DNA of 64,000 nucleotides from an uncultured delta proteobacterium. GTDB taxonomy: Bacteria; Myxococcota_A; Polyangia; Polyangiales; Polyangiaceae. Position 1 is the stretch's first letter. Each line of letters begins with the position of its first letter. The stretch covers positions 384,001 to 448,000 of the forward strand of contig CAWJCS010000004.1 in assembly GCA_963841435.1 (NCBI GenBank). The letters run 5' to 3'. This document shows positions 39,198 to 47,577 of this stretch, piece by piece. The notes under the pieces were generated by a model, which ran no database searches, had not been told where the DNA came from, and saw nothing but the letters and a program-made list of their open reading frames with translations. Position numbers and translations under genes: made by a program.

Positions 39198-39788
39198 ATG
39201 GAACCTGCCTTGTGGCGCGTCGCGTCGCTCGTGGGCGCGGGGTGGGCGGTTGCGCTCGGGTGCCTCTTGCTTTCGGCGAGGCATCTCGGACGGATCCGTC
39301 GGGCCACGTCGCCGGGTGCCGAGAGCCTCGTCAGGCGCCTCGAGGCCGACGCCGCGGCCGGTGTGGACCCGGGACTCGGGCTCACGGACGTGCTCGAGGT
39401 CGCTGCCGACGCCGAGCGCGTCTTCGGCACGGCCCTCCTCGTGCCACGTGCCCTGTCGCGGGTGGCGCTGGCTTCGGGCACCGCGCTCTCCTTGCTGGCG
39501 CTCACGGAGCGTGTCGGCGCGGGAGGCATGTCGTTCGCCGTGGGAGCGCTGCTGACGTTTGCAGCAGGGCTGTCCGGCTCGCTCGGGTGTGCCGAGGTCG
39601 GCCGGAAGGCCAGGGACGCCGTGCGCGAAGCGCGCGGAGCGTGGAGAAGGGACCTGAACGCGGCCTCCCGTGCGTTTGGCGTCACGGTGGAGTGGACCGA
39701 GAGGAGGCGGGCGAGATATGGTGGTGATATTGGGAACGGGGCCGCGCGGCCCGCTGTCGGACTTCGATCGGAGGCCAAGCGTCGATGA
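39198..39788 (+). CDS. Three-TM membrane protein, possibly a degenerate MotA/TolQ/ExbB homologue
   Basis: TM1, a cytoplasmic helical region, then a TM hairpin (ALSRVALASGTALSLLAL / AVGALLTFAAGL). Stop overlaps the gltG-like start. Confidence 0.45.
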   Translation: MEPALWRVASLVGAGWAVALGCLLLSARHLGRIRRATSPGAESLVRRLEADAAAGVDPGLGLTDVLEVAADAERVFGTALLVPRALSRVALASGTALSLLALTERVGAGGMSFAVGALLTFAAGLSGSLGCAEVGRKARDAVREARGAWRRDLNAASRAFGVTVEWTERRRARYGGDIGNGAARPAVGLRSEAKRR

Positions 39789-41194
39789 CCCAGGGACTTA
39801 CGCCAGGACAGCAACCCGCCCAGCGCCCAGGGCAGATGACCGCCGTCATGCGGGCGGTCGCTGCGACTGGACCCAAGGTGCTGCGCATCGGCGTGGTCCA
39901 GGGGGGCCGCGTGATCGAAGAGCGCATCATCAAGCAGCGCGTTCATGTCACTGTCGGCCCGAACGAGAAGAACCTGTTCGTCGTGGGCGGAGAGAGCCTG
40001 CCGACGACGTTTCGGCTTTTCGAGCTCGTCGGCAACGAGTACCACCTGAACTTTCTCGACGGCATGACGGGTCGCGTTGCCCTGCCGACGGGGATTTCCG
40101 ATCTCACGGTCCTCCGCGGCCAAGCGCGCCGAACGCCGCAGGGCGCCTACCAGGTGCGTCTCACGGAAGACTCGCGCGGCAAGGTCGTCGTTGGGGACGT
40201 GACGTTCCTCTTCCAGTTCGTGGCGCCACCGCCGGTCCAGCCGAAACCGCAGCTGCCCGTTGCCGTGCTGCGCGGTGCGTCGGGCATCGACTGGAACACC
40301 ACGATGATCGCGGCGCTTTCGTTCCTGGTGCATTTCCTCGCGCTCGGATCGATCTATTCGGATTGGCTCGACCCGGTCATCGATGACGAGGTGAGCGTCG
40401 CGAACCTCGTCGATTCGCTGAAATCGCTGCCGGCGCCTCCTCCGCCCGAGGAAAAAATGGTCGAGGACAAGACCGAGGACAAGACCGAGGAAAAGGTGAA
40501 GGAAGAGGCGAAGAGCACCGCGCCCTCCAACCAGAAGAGCTCCGACAGCGGCAAGGTGAGCGCTGCCGAGAAGGCGTCTCTCATGCAGGAAACCGAGCGC
40601 GTCATGCTCGAGACGCTCGCGGCCCTCAGCAACACGGGCCCCGCGACCGAGGGCGTGCTGAATCGCAGTGAGGTGGCCATGGGCGCCCTCGATGCGGCAG
40701 CGGCGAGCGACAAGGCCGTCGGCTCCGGCAGCGACCCGCTCGGTCTCGGACGAGCCGGCGGTGGGACGTTGCGTCCCGGTGAGCAGGGCGGCGGGCTCGG
40801 CGGTCTGGCCAGCACGGGTCGTGGCTCCGGTACTGAGGGCTCCGGCAATGCGACGAAGGTCGCTGGCCCCAAGGCGGGCAACCCCAAGCTGAGCCAGAGC
40901 GTCGCGGGCGGCAGCATCAGCAACGCCGCGAAGGTCGTCGCTGCGATGCGCGCAGCGTTCCGTGCCTGCTACCAGAGGGGTCTCGACCAGAACCCCGACG
41001 CCCAGGGCAGCATCAAGATGGGCATTCGCGTCGGGCCGGGCGGTGAGGTCACGAACGTGAGCGCCACGCCGTCCGGCAATCTGCCCCCGAGCGTCGTAGA
41101 CTGTGTGACCGCCCGCGCGCGCCGCGCGCAGTTCGATCCGCCCGAAGGCGGCGCGGCGACCGTCCAGGTCCCGGTCACGTTCGTCAAGCAGTGA
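39785..41194 (+). CDS. GltG/PglI-like protein (N-terminal cytoplasmic beta domain, TM, TonB-C/AgmX-PglI C-terminal domain)
   Basis: TM with TolA/TonB-type SxxxH (SFLVH), Pro/charged and Gly-rich linker, and C-terminal FRACYQRGL..NPDAQG..CV....F..P.GG.....PVTF. Confidence 0.8.
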   Translation: MTQGLTPGQQPAQRPGQMTAVMRAVAATGPKVLRIGVVQGGRVIEERIIKQRVHVTVGPNEKNLFVVGGESLPTTFRLFELVGNEYHLNFLDGMTGRVALPTGISDLTVLRGQARRTPQGAYQVRLTEDSRGKVVVGDVTFLFQFVAPPPVQPKPQLPVAVLRGASGIDWNTTMIAALSFLVHFLALGSIYSDWLDPVIDDEVSVANLVDSLKSLPAPPPPEEKMVEDKTEDKTEEKVKEEAKSTAPSNQKSSDSGKVSAAEKASLMQETERVMLETLAALSNTGPATEGVLNRSEVAMGALDAAAASDKAVGSGSDPLGLGRAGGGTLRPGEQGGGLGGLASTGRGSGTEGSGNATKVAGPKAGNPKLSQSVAGGSISNAAKVVAAMRAAFRACYQRGLDQNPDAQGSIKMGIRVGPGGEVTNVSATPSGNLPPSVVDCVTARARRAQFDPPEGGAATVQVPVTFVKQ

Positions 41195-41332
41195 GCGGCC
41201 CGTCAGCCGGCTCGAATGCCAGGCTGTGACCGCGCAACGAAAGCTGCATGCTGTCGTGTGCGCCGGTGCACCCTTGCTGGGCCATGCACAAGGAGCTCGC
41301 CGAAAAGTGGGCTCGTGCTGCAAATCCGCGCG

Positions 41333-41362
41333 TTGACAGGAGTCTTCGGGCGTTCCTATACT
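41333..41362 (+). promoter_or_regulatory. Near-consensus sigma70 promoter (TTGACA-N18-TATACT)
   Basis: TTGACA at 41333-41338 and TATACT at 41357-41362. GGAGG RBS upstream of ATG 41400. Confidence 0.75.
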
Positions 41363-41399
41363 CCGGCGTCGTTTTGAGCCGTATGGAGGGCATTGAGCC

Positions 41400-42002
41400 A
41401 TGAGCATTGGCGGAAAAGTACGGAGCTTCTGGGCCGCTCTCGCTGTTCTGGGGGCATTGAGCGCCGCGTTCGCTCAGGAGGCAGCCGCCCCGGCCGACCA
41501 GCCGCCAGCGGCCCCGGAACCGGGCGATTTGACGCCACCTCAAATGGTCTCGGCAGCGAAGGGGTTCTTGCCGGTGATGGATCGCAGCGCAACCGGGGTC
41601 CGGCGCCAGCTGTCCCTCGCACGCGAGCAGAAGGACGTGGTCAAAGCGCTCTGCCTCAACGACAAGCTCAACCAGATCGACCTCGCGATTCGCACGGCCA
41701 GTGACCGCATCCAGGGTCTCGAGGCCGCCGCCAACGCTAACGATCTCGAGCGATCGAAGCATCAATACACGGTGATCCTCGTCCTCAAGGACCGCGTGGC
41801 TGCCGTCGTGAGCGAGGCGAACCAGTGCATCGGCGAGGAGACCGGTTTCATTGGCGAGTCCAATGTCACGGTACAGATCGAAGACTTGCCGGACACGGAT
41901 CCCTCCGAGCTGCCGGACTACCCGTTGGTGAACGATCCGCCGATCGCGGGCGAGCCGATCCCGCCCCCGCCTTCGGAACCAATTAGTCGCAGCCTGCCGT
42001 AA
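41400..42002 (+). CDS. Exported alpha-helical hypothetical protein preceding the porin/OPX pair
   Basis: Signal peptide, helical core with two Cys (KALCLNDK, ANQCIGEE) and a Pro-rich tail. Confidence 0.75.
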   Translation: MSIGGKVRSFWAALAVLGALSAAFAQEAAAPADQPPAAPEPGDLTPPQMVSAAKGFLPVMDRSATGVRRQLSLAREQKDVVKALCLNDKLNQIDLAIRTASDRIQGLEAAANANDLERSKHQYTVILVLKDRVAAVVSEANQCIGEETGFIGESNVTVQIEDLPDTDPSELPDYPLVNDPPIAGEPIPPPPSEPISRSLP

Positions 42003-42071
42003 TTGTAGTATGTAGCCGCAAGCGTTCGAGGTTCTTCAACCTTCTGCTTTACGGGTACCTGGGGCTACGAG

Positions 42072-43469
42072 ATGAGACTTCGCCTAGCAATAGCGGCGAG
42101 CTTGACCGCTTTCACGTTGGCCGGCACGGCCATGGGGCAGCAGGCGTGGCTTCAGGATAGGCGCTACGGAGAGGGCATCGGCCTGCGCGCAGGCAACCTC
42201 GAGCTTCATCCGAGCCTCGCGGCCGAGCTCGGTTACGACAGCAATTATTTTCAGCGTTCGGGCGTCGGGGTCGAAGCGCCGCTCTATGACGCATGGCGTC
42301 TTCGCGTCACGCCGTCGCTATCGTTGTCGTCGCTTCGCGCTCGTACGCGTGACAGCAACGCCGTGGGCGCGCCTCCCGCGTTCACGTTCTCGCTCGGCGC
42401 GTACGCCACTTACAACGAGCTCTTCGGGTCCGACCAGGTAAGCAAACAGCGCCATCTGGACGCGGGCGTCGGCGGCAGGGTCAACGTCCTCGCCAATCGC
42501 CCGATTGGGTTCGACCTCTACGGTGACTACGTGCGCGCCGGGGAGCCGAGCAACACGCCCGATCTCGGGACCGGCGTGGCGTCGTTTAATCGTGGGTCGG
42601 CTCGCGGCGGCGCGGGCGCGACCTGGCGCCCCGGCGGCGGCCTCTTCGAGTGGCGTCTCGGCTACGAGGCGGCCTACCACTACTTCGAAGACACCCCCTA
42701 CGACGACCTCAACAACCTGCACCACACGATCAACACGCGTGGCCGCTGGCGGTTTCTCCCTCGCACTGCTCTCGTCTACCAGGCCGCGTATACGCTCGTC
42801 CGGTACACGAAGGGTGGGCACCCGCAGCCCAATGGTGACTTCGTCGAGGCGCGTGTCGGTTTGAACGGCCTCATCACGAGCCGGTTCGCGTTTCAGGCGA
42901 ATCTCGGCTGGAACTCGACGTTCTACGAGGCAGAGGCCGGCGAGACGACGCTCGCGCAGAACTACGACGGCTACGTGATGGCCGCGCAGCTCAAGTACTT
43001 CTTGATCCCCACCGCTTCGGCCGAGAGGGCGACGACCGGCATCTCGTCGATTGCTCTCGGTTTTCAGCGCGACTTTTCGAACAGCTACCTCGGCTCGTTC
43101 TACGTTCGCGACTACGGGTACTTGAAGCTCGAGACCTTCATCGCCGGCATGTTCGTCGGTTCGCTCCAGGGCGGGGTCGGGCGCTACAGCTTCCCCGCGT
43201 CCGACATCAACAACCCCGCCTTCAATCAGACGCGCCTCGACGCCGAGTTCTTCGGCGAATATCGCTTCAGCGATACCTTCGGCCTGAACGTCACGGTGAA
43301 CTACGACCGCGCCATCGGCGAAGGTCCAACCCCGAACGGTGTCGTGGTCTCCACGGGCAACGCCGGTCCCGACGGCATTGGCGGTACGGCCGACGACGTG
43401 CCCGCCTCCTTCGACAACCTCGAATACTCTCGCTTTCAGGCCTATCTCGGCCTGCGCGCCTTCTGGTGA
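42072..43469 (+). CDS. Outer-membrane beta-barrel, Wzp/EpsX-like polysaccharide export porin
   Basis: Signal peptide, LHPSL..ELGYDSN motif, aromatic-rich strands and terminal FW. GTGA-coupled to an OPX gene. Confidence 0.7.
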   Translation: MRLRLAIAASLTAFTLAGTAMGQQAWLQDRRYGEGIGLRAGNLELHPSLAAELGYDSNYFQRSGVGVEAPLYDAWRLRVTPSLSLSSLRARTRDSNAVGAPPAFTFSLGAYATYNELFGSDQVSKQRHLDAGVGGRVNVLANRPIGFDLYGDYVRAGEPSNTPDLGTGVASFNRGSARGGAGATWRPGGGLFEWRLGYEAAYHYFEDTPYDDLNNLHHTINTRGRWRFLPRTALVYQAAYTLVRYTKGGHPQPNGDFVEARVGLNGLITSRFAFQANLGWNSTFYEAEAGETTLAQNYDGYVMAAQLKYFLIPTASAERATTGISSIALGFQRDFSNSYLGSFYVRDYGYLKLETFIAGMFVGSLQGGVGRYSFPASDINNPAFNQTRLDAEFFGEYRFSDTFGLNVTVNYDRAIGEGPTPNGVVVSTGNAGPDGIGGTADDVPASFDNLEYSRFQAYLGLRAFW

Positions 43470-44107
43470 TCGTGACGGGCGCCCGCGAAAAGGGCAGCAG
43501 AAGGGTCCCGAGGTCGAGCCGGCGCGCCCTGCTCGCAGCCTTCGGCGTGTTGCTCGTTCAGGCCTGTTCTTCGGGCAGGGGCCGCAACGCCGTCAGCCTG
43601 CCGCCGCCCTCCGAGAAGTCGAACATCGGCCCGGGTGACATCTTCACGCTGCAGATTGTCGGAGAGAAGGATCTGCCGCAGGAGTTCCAGGTCGCCTCCG
43701 ACGGCGGCGCCGATCTGCCGTATCTCAAGCGCGTCCAGGTTGCCGGGCTCGAGCCGCAGGACATCGCGCGGGTCGTGCGCCAGAAGCTGATGGAGGGGCG
43801 CTTCTTCGTCGATCCCGTCGTGATCGTGCAGGTGCGCGAGTATCACAGCCGTACGGTGATCTTGCTCGGCCAGATCGCCAAGCCGGGCAGCTTCCCGCTG
43901 ACGCCGGGCCTCACGTTGATGCAGGCCATCTCGCTGGCGGGCGGTCTTACGGCGATCGCCGACGATGATCGCGTCACCCTGACGCGCAAGGTGGGCAACG
44001 GAACGAAGACAGTCAACGTGAGTGTCAACGCAATCACCGATGGCGATGCCCAGGACGTCCCGCTTCAGGCAGGCGACCGCATCTTCGTCTACGAGCGGCT
44101 GTTCTAA
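43466..44107 (+). CDS. Short OPX (Wza-like) polysaccharide export lipoprotein lacking the outer-membrane helix
   Basis: Lipobox VQAC, Poly_export motif IGPGD...DG...PYL..V.VAG and SLBB domain (GQIAKPG, AISLAGG, LQAGDRIFV). Ends right after the SLBB domain. Confidence 0.88.
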   Translation: MIVTGAREKGSRRVPRSSRRALLAAFGVLLVQACSSGRGRNAVSLPPPSEKSNIGPGDIFTLQIVGEKDLPQEFQVASDGGADLPYLKRVQVAGLEPQDIARVVRQKLMEGRFFVDPVVIVQVREYHSRTVILLGQIAKPGSFPLTPGLTLMQAISLAGGLTAIADDDRVTLTRKVGNGTKTVNVSVNAITDGDAQDVPLQAGDRIFVYERLF

Positions 44108-45138
44108 CGGGCGCGCGAGCGCCCCGAGAACAGGTAGCGAATCAGAAGGATCGCGCGGAGCTTCGGTGCCGTCACGCCGAGCACGGAAGCGCTTCCCCCG
44201 GCGCCCTCGGTTCGTGAGAGGGGGAGGCCCGAGCCCATGCCGAGCGCCGCGCTGAACGTCGAGTCGGCATGGGGTGAGAAGCGCAGGCTCGCGAGCCATT
44301 CGGCGGGAAGGTCTCGCTCGCCCGTTTTCGCGCCGACGGGCGGCGCGGCGAGGCCAGCGCGCAGGCTCGCCTCGACGGCGAGTGCGAGCGCGGGTTCCTC
44401 GAGCAGGCGCCCTGCGAGGCCGGCGCCGAGTGTGAGCTCGCTGCCCTCACGCACGGTGCCGAACGAGACTGCGCGCCGCAGACGAAAGCCTGCGTCGAGC
44501 GCCGCCGTGAAGCGACCCTCGCGGAGCTCGACGACGGCACCCGGTGCGACCGTCGGCCCCTTTCCGCCCGCGAGCGCGAAAGCGTCCCCGAGCGGCAACG
44601 CGACTTCGAGGCGAGTCGAGAGCGCAACCGGTGTCTCGTGCGAGCGCCCGAGCACGGCGGTCCAGAGACCGAGCCGCGGGTCGCGCACGGTGGTCGGCGT
44701 GACCGAGCTCGAGCGTTGCGACGTGACGCCTTCGGCGCCGGTGCCGTGCTGGTAGAGGACGAGCGGCAGCGAGAGCGAGGCATCCAACCCACGGCCGAGT
44801 CCGTAGCGCGCGCCGAGCGTGAGCGTGCTCGTGAAGTCGAGCACGGGAACCTCGCGACCCTCGGGATGCGGCGACGCGGCGACGAGCAGCACGGGGCGCT
44901 CGAGGGTGGTGATGGCGGCCACGAGTGAAACGTCGCGCGGCTCGAGCGTTCGGGCCGCACCGAGCGACGGGAAGGGGGAGCTGCCCGCCGAGATCCAGAG
45001 AGGGTCGGCGTCGAAACAGGGCGAGACGGTCGCGCGCGCGCTGCACGGATCCGGGTCGGCGTGCCCGGCGCGGGTGAGCGTCGTGGCGAGCAACAGGACC
45101 GCACCGGCGCGCGTGACCGTTCGGGCGGCTCGCGGCAT
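44104..45138 (-). CDS. Putative outer-membrane beta-barrel protein (myxobacterial OmpA-N-like, no OmpA-C domain)
   Basis: Signal peptide, DPRLG motif, beta-strand periodicity and C-terminal P.LR....IRY. Confidence 0.55.
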   Translation of the reverse strand: MPRAARTVTRAGAVLLLATTLTRAGHADPDPCSARATVSPCFDADPLWISAGSSPFPSLGAARTLEPRDVSLVAAITTLERPVLLVAASPHPEGREVPVLDFTSTLTLGARYGLGRGLDASLSLPLVLYQHGTGAEGVTSQRSSSVTPTTVRDPRLGLWTAVLGRSHETPVALSTRLEVALPLGDAFALAGGKGPTVAPGAVVELREGRFTAALDAGFRLRRAVSFGTVREGSELTLGAGLAGRLLEEPALALAVEASLRAGLAAPPVGAKTGERDLPAEWLASLRFSPHADSTFSAALGMGSGLPLSRTEGAGGSASVLGVTAPKLRAILLIRYLFSGRSRAR

Positions 45139-45186
45139 CCGACGAGCCTATAACGACTTCGGCCAAAGAGTGGTAAGAGGCGCGCG

Positions 45187-45798
45187 ATGCCGCGCTCGAT
45201 CAGCTCCGCGCACCCGCTGGTCCTCGGTTCGGCGTCGCCGCGCCGCCGTGACATCCTCGCGGGGCTCGGCGTGCCCGTACGCGTCCTCCCGGCGGGCGTG
45301 CTCGAGGACGCGCTGCCGGGCGAGACCCCGCTCGCCTACGTCGAGCGCGTCGTCGGGGACAAGCTCGGCGCGGTGACCGAACGGGCTCGCGGCGCGGAGG
45401 GCGCCGGGATTTTGGTCGCCGACACCATCGTCGTCCTCGACGATCAGATCCTCGGCAAGCCGCGCGATGTCGAGGACGCGGCACGGTTGCTCTCGCGCCT
45501 CGCTGGACGCGTGCATCGAGTTCACACGCGGTACGCGCTTGCCTCGCGCGAGGGCGGCCTGCTTCTGGCGCGCACCGTCACGTCCGAGGTGTGGCTGAGG
45601 AAGGCTTCCCGGAGCGAGCTCGACGGCTACGCGCGGACGGGCGAGGGGCTCGACAAGGCGGGCGCCTACGCGATCCAAGGTGTGGGCGCGTTCCTCGTGG
45701 AGCGCATCCAGGGCTCGTACTCCAACGTCGTCGGGCTGCCGGCTTGCGAAGTCGTCCTCGACTTGCTCGAGGTCGGCCTCCTCGAATCGTTCCCGTGA
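45187..45798 (+). CDS. maf: Maf family nucleoside triphosphate pyrophosphatase
   Basis: Motifs LGSASPRR, ADTIV, ILGKP, DKAGAYAIQG and SNVVGLP. Confidence 0.93.
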   Translation: MPRSISSAHPLVLGSASPRRRDILAGLGVPVRVLPAGVLEDALPGETPLAYVERVVGDKLGAVTERARGAEGAGILVADTIVVLDDQILGKPRDVEDAARLLSRLAGRVHRVHTRYALASREGGLLLARTVTSEVWLRKASRSELDGYARTGEGLDKAGAYAIQGVGAFLVERIQGSYSNVVGLPACEVVLDLLEVGLLESFP

Positions 45799-47249
45799 GC
45801 CCGCGCGGCGGCCTCGCCTCCCTTGGACGGGCGCTCGCCGGTCCTTCGGCGACCTCGGCGCCGCGTCCCGCGGACGTGCTCTGGCCGCTCGGGCTCGCGC
45901 TCGCGGTGCGGGGGCTCCTCGTTGCCTACGCCGCGTCGCGCTTTCCTCCCGTCGACGACGGGACATTTTATCACGTCGTGGCCGACCGCATCGCGCGCGG
46001 TCTCGGATACACCTGGGCCTGGCCCGACGGCGCGGTCACCATCGCAGCGCACTATCCTGTGGGCTATCCGGCGCTGGTCGGCGCGTTCTACGCGCTCTTC
46101 GGGTCGCGTCCGGGGGCCGCCATGCTGCTCAACGTGCTCGTGGGCACGTTGAGCGCCGGAGCCGCACACACGCTCGCGGCGCGCGTGGCCTCGCGTGCTG
46201 GCGCCCTGCTCGCCGGCGTCCTCGTGGCGCTCGAGCCGGCCCTCGTGCTCTACACGCCGGCTCTCATGACGGAAGCCGTTGCCGGCGAGCTCTTGCTCGT
46301 CGCCGCTGCGATTGCCGTCGCGCGCAGGCCCGGCTCGGCGACCTTGCGTGCCGTCGCCGCGGGGGTGGTGCTCGGCGTGGCGCTCCTCGTGCGCCCGCAG
46401 CTCGTGCTCGTGGCGCCACTGTTTGGCTGGCTCGTTGCTGGGCGCGCGAGCCTCCGGCGGCGCCTTTCGCTCGCGCTCATCGTGGTGGGCGCGAGCGTCG
46501 GCTGCTGTCTGCCGTGGACCGCGCGAAACTGCGCAAGGCTCGACCGCTGCGCCTTCGTGAGCGCCAACGGCGGCTGGAACCTCTACATTGGCAGCTCGCC
46601 GCTCGGCAAGGGTGGCTTCGCGCCCATCGACGCCATCGGTGTCCCCCAGGCTTGCCGCACCGTGTTCGGCGAGGGCGCGAAGGATCGCTGCTTCGGCCGA
46701 GCGGGTCTCGAGCGCATCGTGGCGCACCCGGGCGCGTGGCTGTCGCTCGTCCCCGACAAGCTCGGCATGACGTTCGACTACGGCACGGCCGCCGCCCACT
46801 ATCTGGCGGCATCGAACGGCGCTCTCGTGGGCGAGCGAGAGAAGACCGCCATCGGTGCGGCGGAGCTCGTCGGACAGCGCGTGCTTTTGCTCCTCGGGCT
46901 CCTCGCTCTCGCTCGGGCCGACGGGCCGCGAGCGCGGGCGCGCCGGGTGTTGGGGGGGATCTCGGCGCTCGCTGCCTTCCAGCCGGCGGCCTACCTCGCC
47001 TGGCTCGGGCTCGTTGCCACGGCGCTGACGCTCGGCCGGGCCATCGAGCGGCACGGCCCGGCCCTGCTCGTGACCGGCGTCGTGGCCGCAACCGCGCTGA
47101 CACACGCGATGTTCTTCGGCGCCTCGCGCTATGCGCTCGTTTGCGTTCCGGCGCTCGGCGCGCTTTCGGGCTGCGTGTGGCTCCGTCGCCCCGGGGAGGT
47201 TTCGACAAAGCGCGACGAATCGAGCCAGGAAAATGCCAAAGGCGGCTGA
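45795..47249 (+). CDS. GT-C fold (PMT/ArnT-like) membrane glycosyltransferase
   Basis: GTGA overlap. Motifs DDGTFY, AHYPVGYP, LMTEA, LVRP, PW..RN and RY, with multiple TMs. Confidence 0.72.
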   Translation: MSPRGGLASLGRALAGPSATSAPRPADVLWPLGLALAVRGLLVAYAASRFPPVDDGTFYHVVADRIARGLGYTWAWPDGAVTIAAHYPVGYPALVGAFYALFGSRPGAAMLLNVLVGTLSAGAAHTLAARVASRAGALLAGVLVALEPALVLYTPALMTEAVAGELLLVAAAIAVARRPGSATLRAVAAGVVLGVALLVRPQLVLVAPLFGWLVAGRASLRRRLSLALIVVGASVGCCLPWTARNCARLDRCAFVSANGGWNLYIGSSPLGKGGFAPIDAIGVPQACRTVFGEGAKDRCFGRAGLERIVAHPGAWLSLVPDKLGMTFDYGTAAAHYLAASNGALVGEREKTAIGAAELVGQRVLLLLGLLALARADGPRARARRVLGGISALAAFQPAAYLAWLGLVATALTLGRAIERHGPALLVTGVVAATALTHAMFFGASRYALVCVPALGALSGCVWLRRPGEVSTKRDESSQENAKGG

Positions 47250-47278
47250 TTGACGCCGAAAGGCGCGGGCGATACTCT
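47250..47278 (+). promoter_or_regulatory. Putative sigma70 promoter (TTGACG-N17-TACTCT) for the romX-rluD unit
   Basis: Hexamers with 17-bp spacing, 12 nt upstream of ATG 47291. Confidence 0.5.
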
Positions 47279-47290
47279 GAAAGTATCCCG

Positions 47291-47554
47291 ATGCCTCTCA
47301 TCGAAACCGAAGAAGCAGCACGGCGCCTGGCTCGCGCAATCGCAAGCGATGTCTCCCTCTACAACGAGGAAAAGATCGTGCGCGGTCTCGAACGCGACAG
47401 CCTTTTCGACGAGCTGAACGAGGAGATCGAGGAAGGTCGAGCGCTCTACAAGAGCCGCGTCTCGCCGGACCTCTACCACCGCAATTTCTACGACCGTGCC
47501 CTGGTCGATATCCTCATCCGATCGAAGGGGCACATCAAGAGTAGGATCTGGTAG
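47291..47554 (+). CDS. romX: Small conserved myxobacterial protein, probable RomX (partner of RomR in the MglA GEF complex)
   Basis: 87 aa, RLARAIASDVSLYNEEKI...EGRALYKSRV...KSRIW. Size, sequence and position before a pseudouridine synthase match my recollection of RomX (not searched). Confidence 0.65.
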   Translation: MPLIETEEAARRLARAIASDVSLYNEEKIVRGLERDSLFDELNEEIEEGRALYKSRVSPDLYHRNFYDRALVDILIRSKGHIKSRIW

Positions 47555-47577
47555 AGAAGCAGCGCTTCGTTCTCGGC

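Noticed and set aside
40463-40491. 12-bp duplication GAGGACAAGACC in the gltG-like gene
   Set aside because: Only two copies in a low-complexity charged linker, which is ordinary.
30965-41407. Very long antisense ORFs (30965..33004, 33025..35691, 38708..41407) and many other 300-700 aa alternative-frame ORFs across the window
   Set aside because: Shadow ORFs expected from high GC3 codon bias. They have no recognisable motifs and lie opposite or out of frame to well-supported genes.
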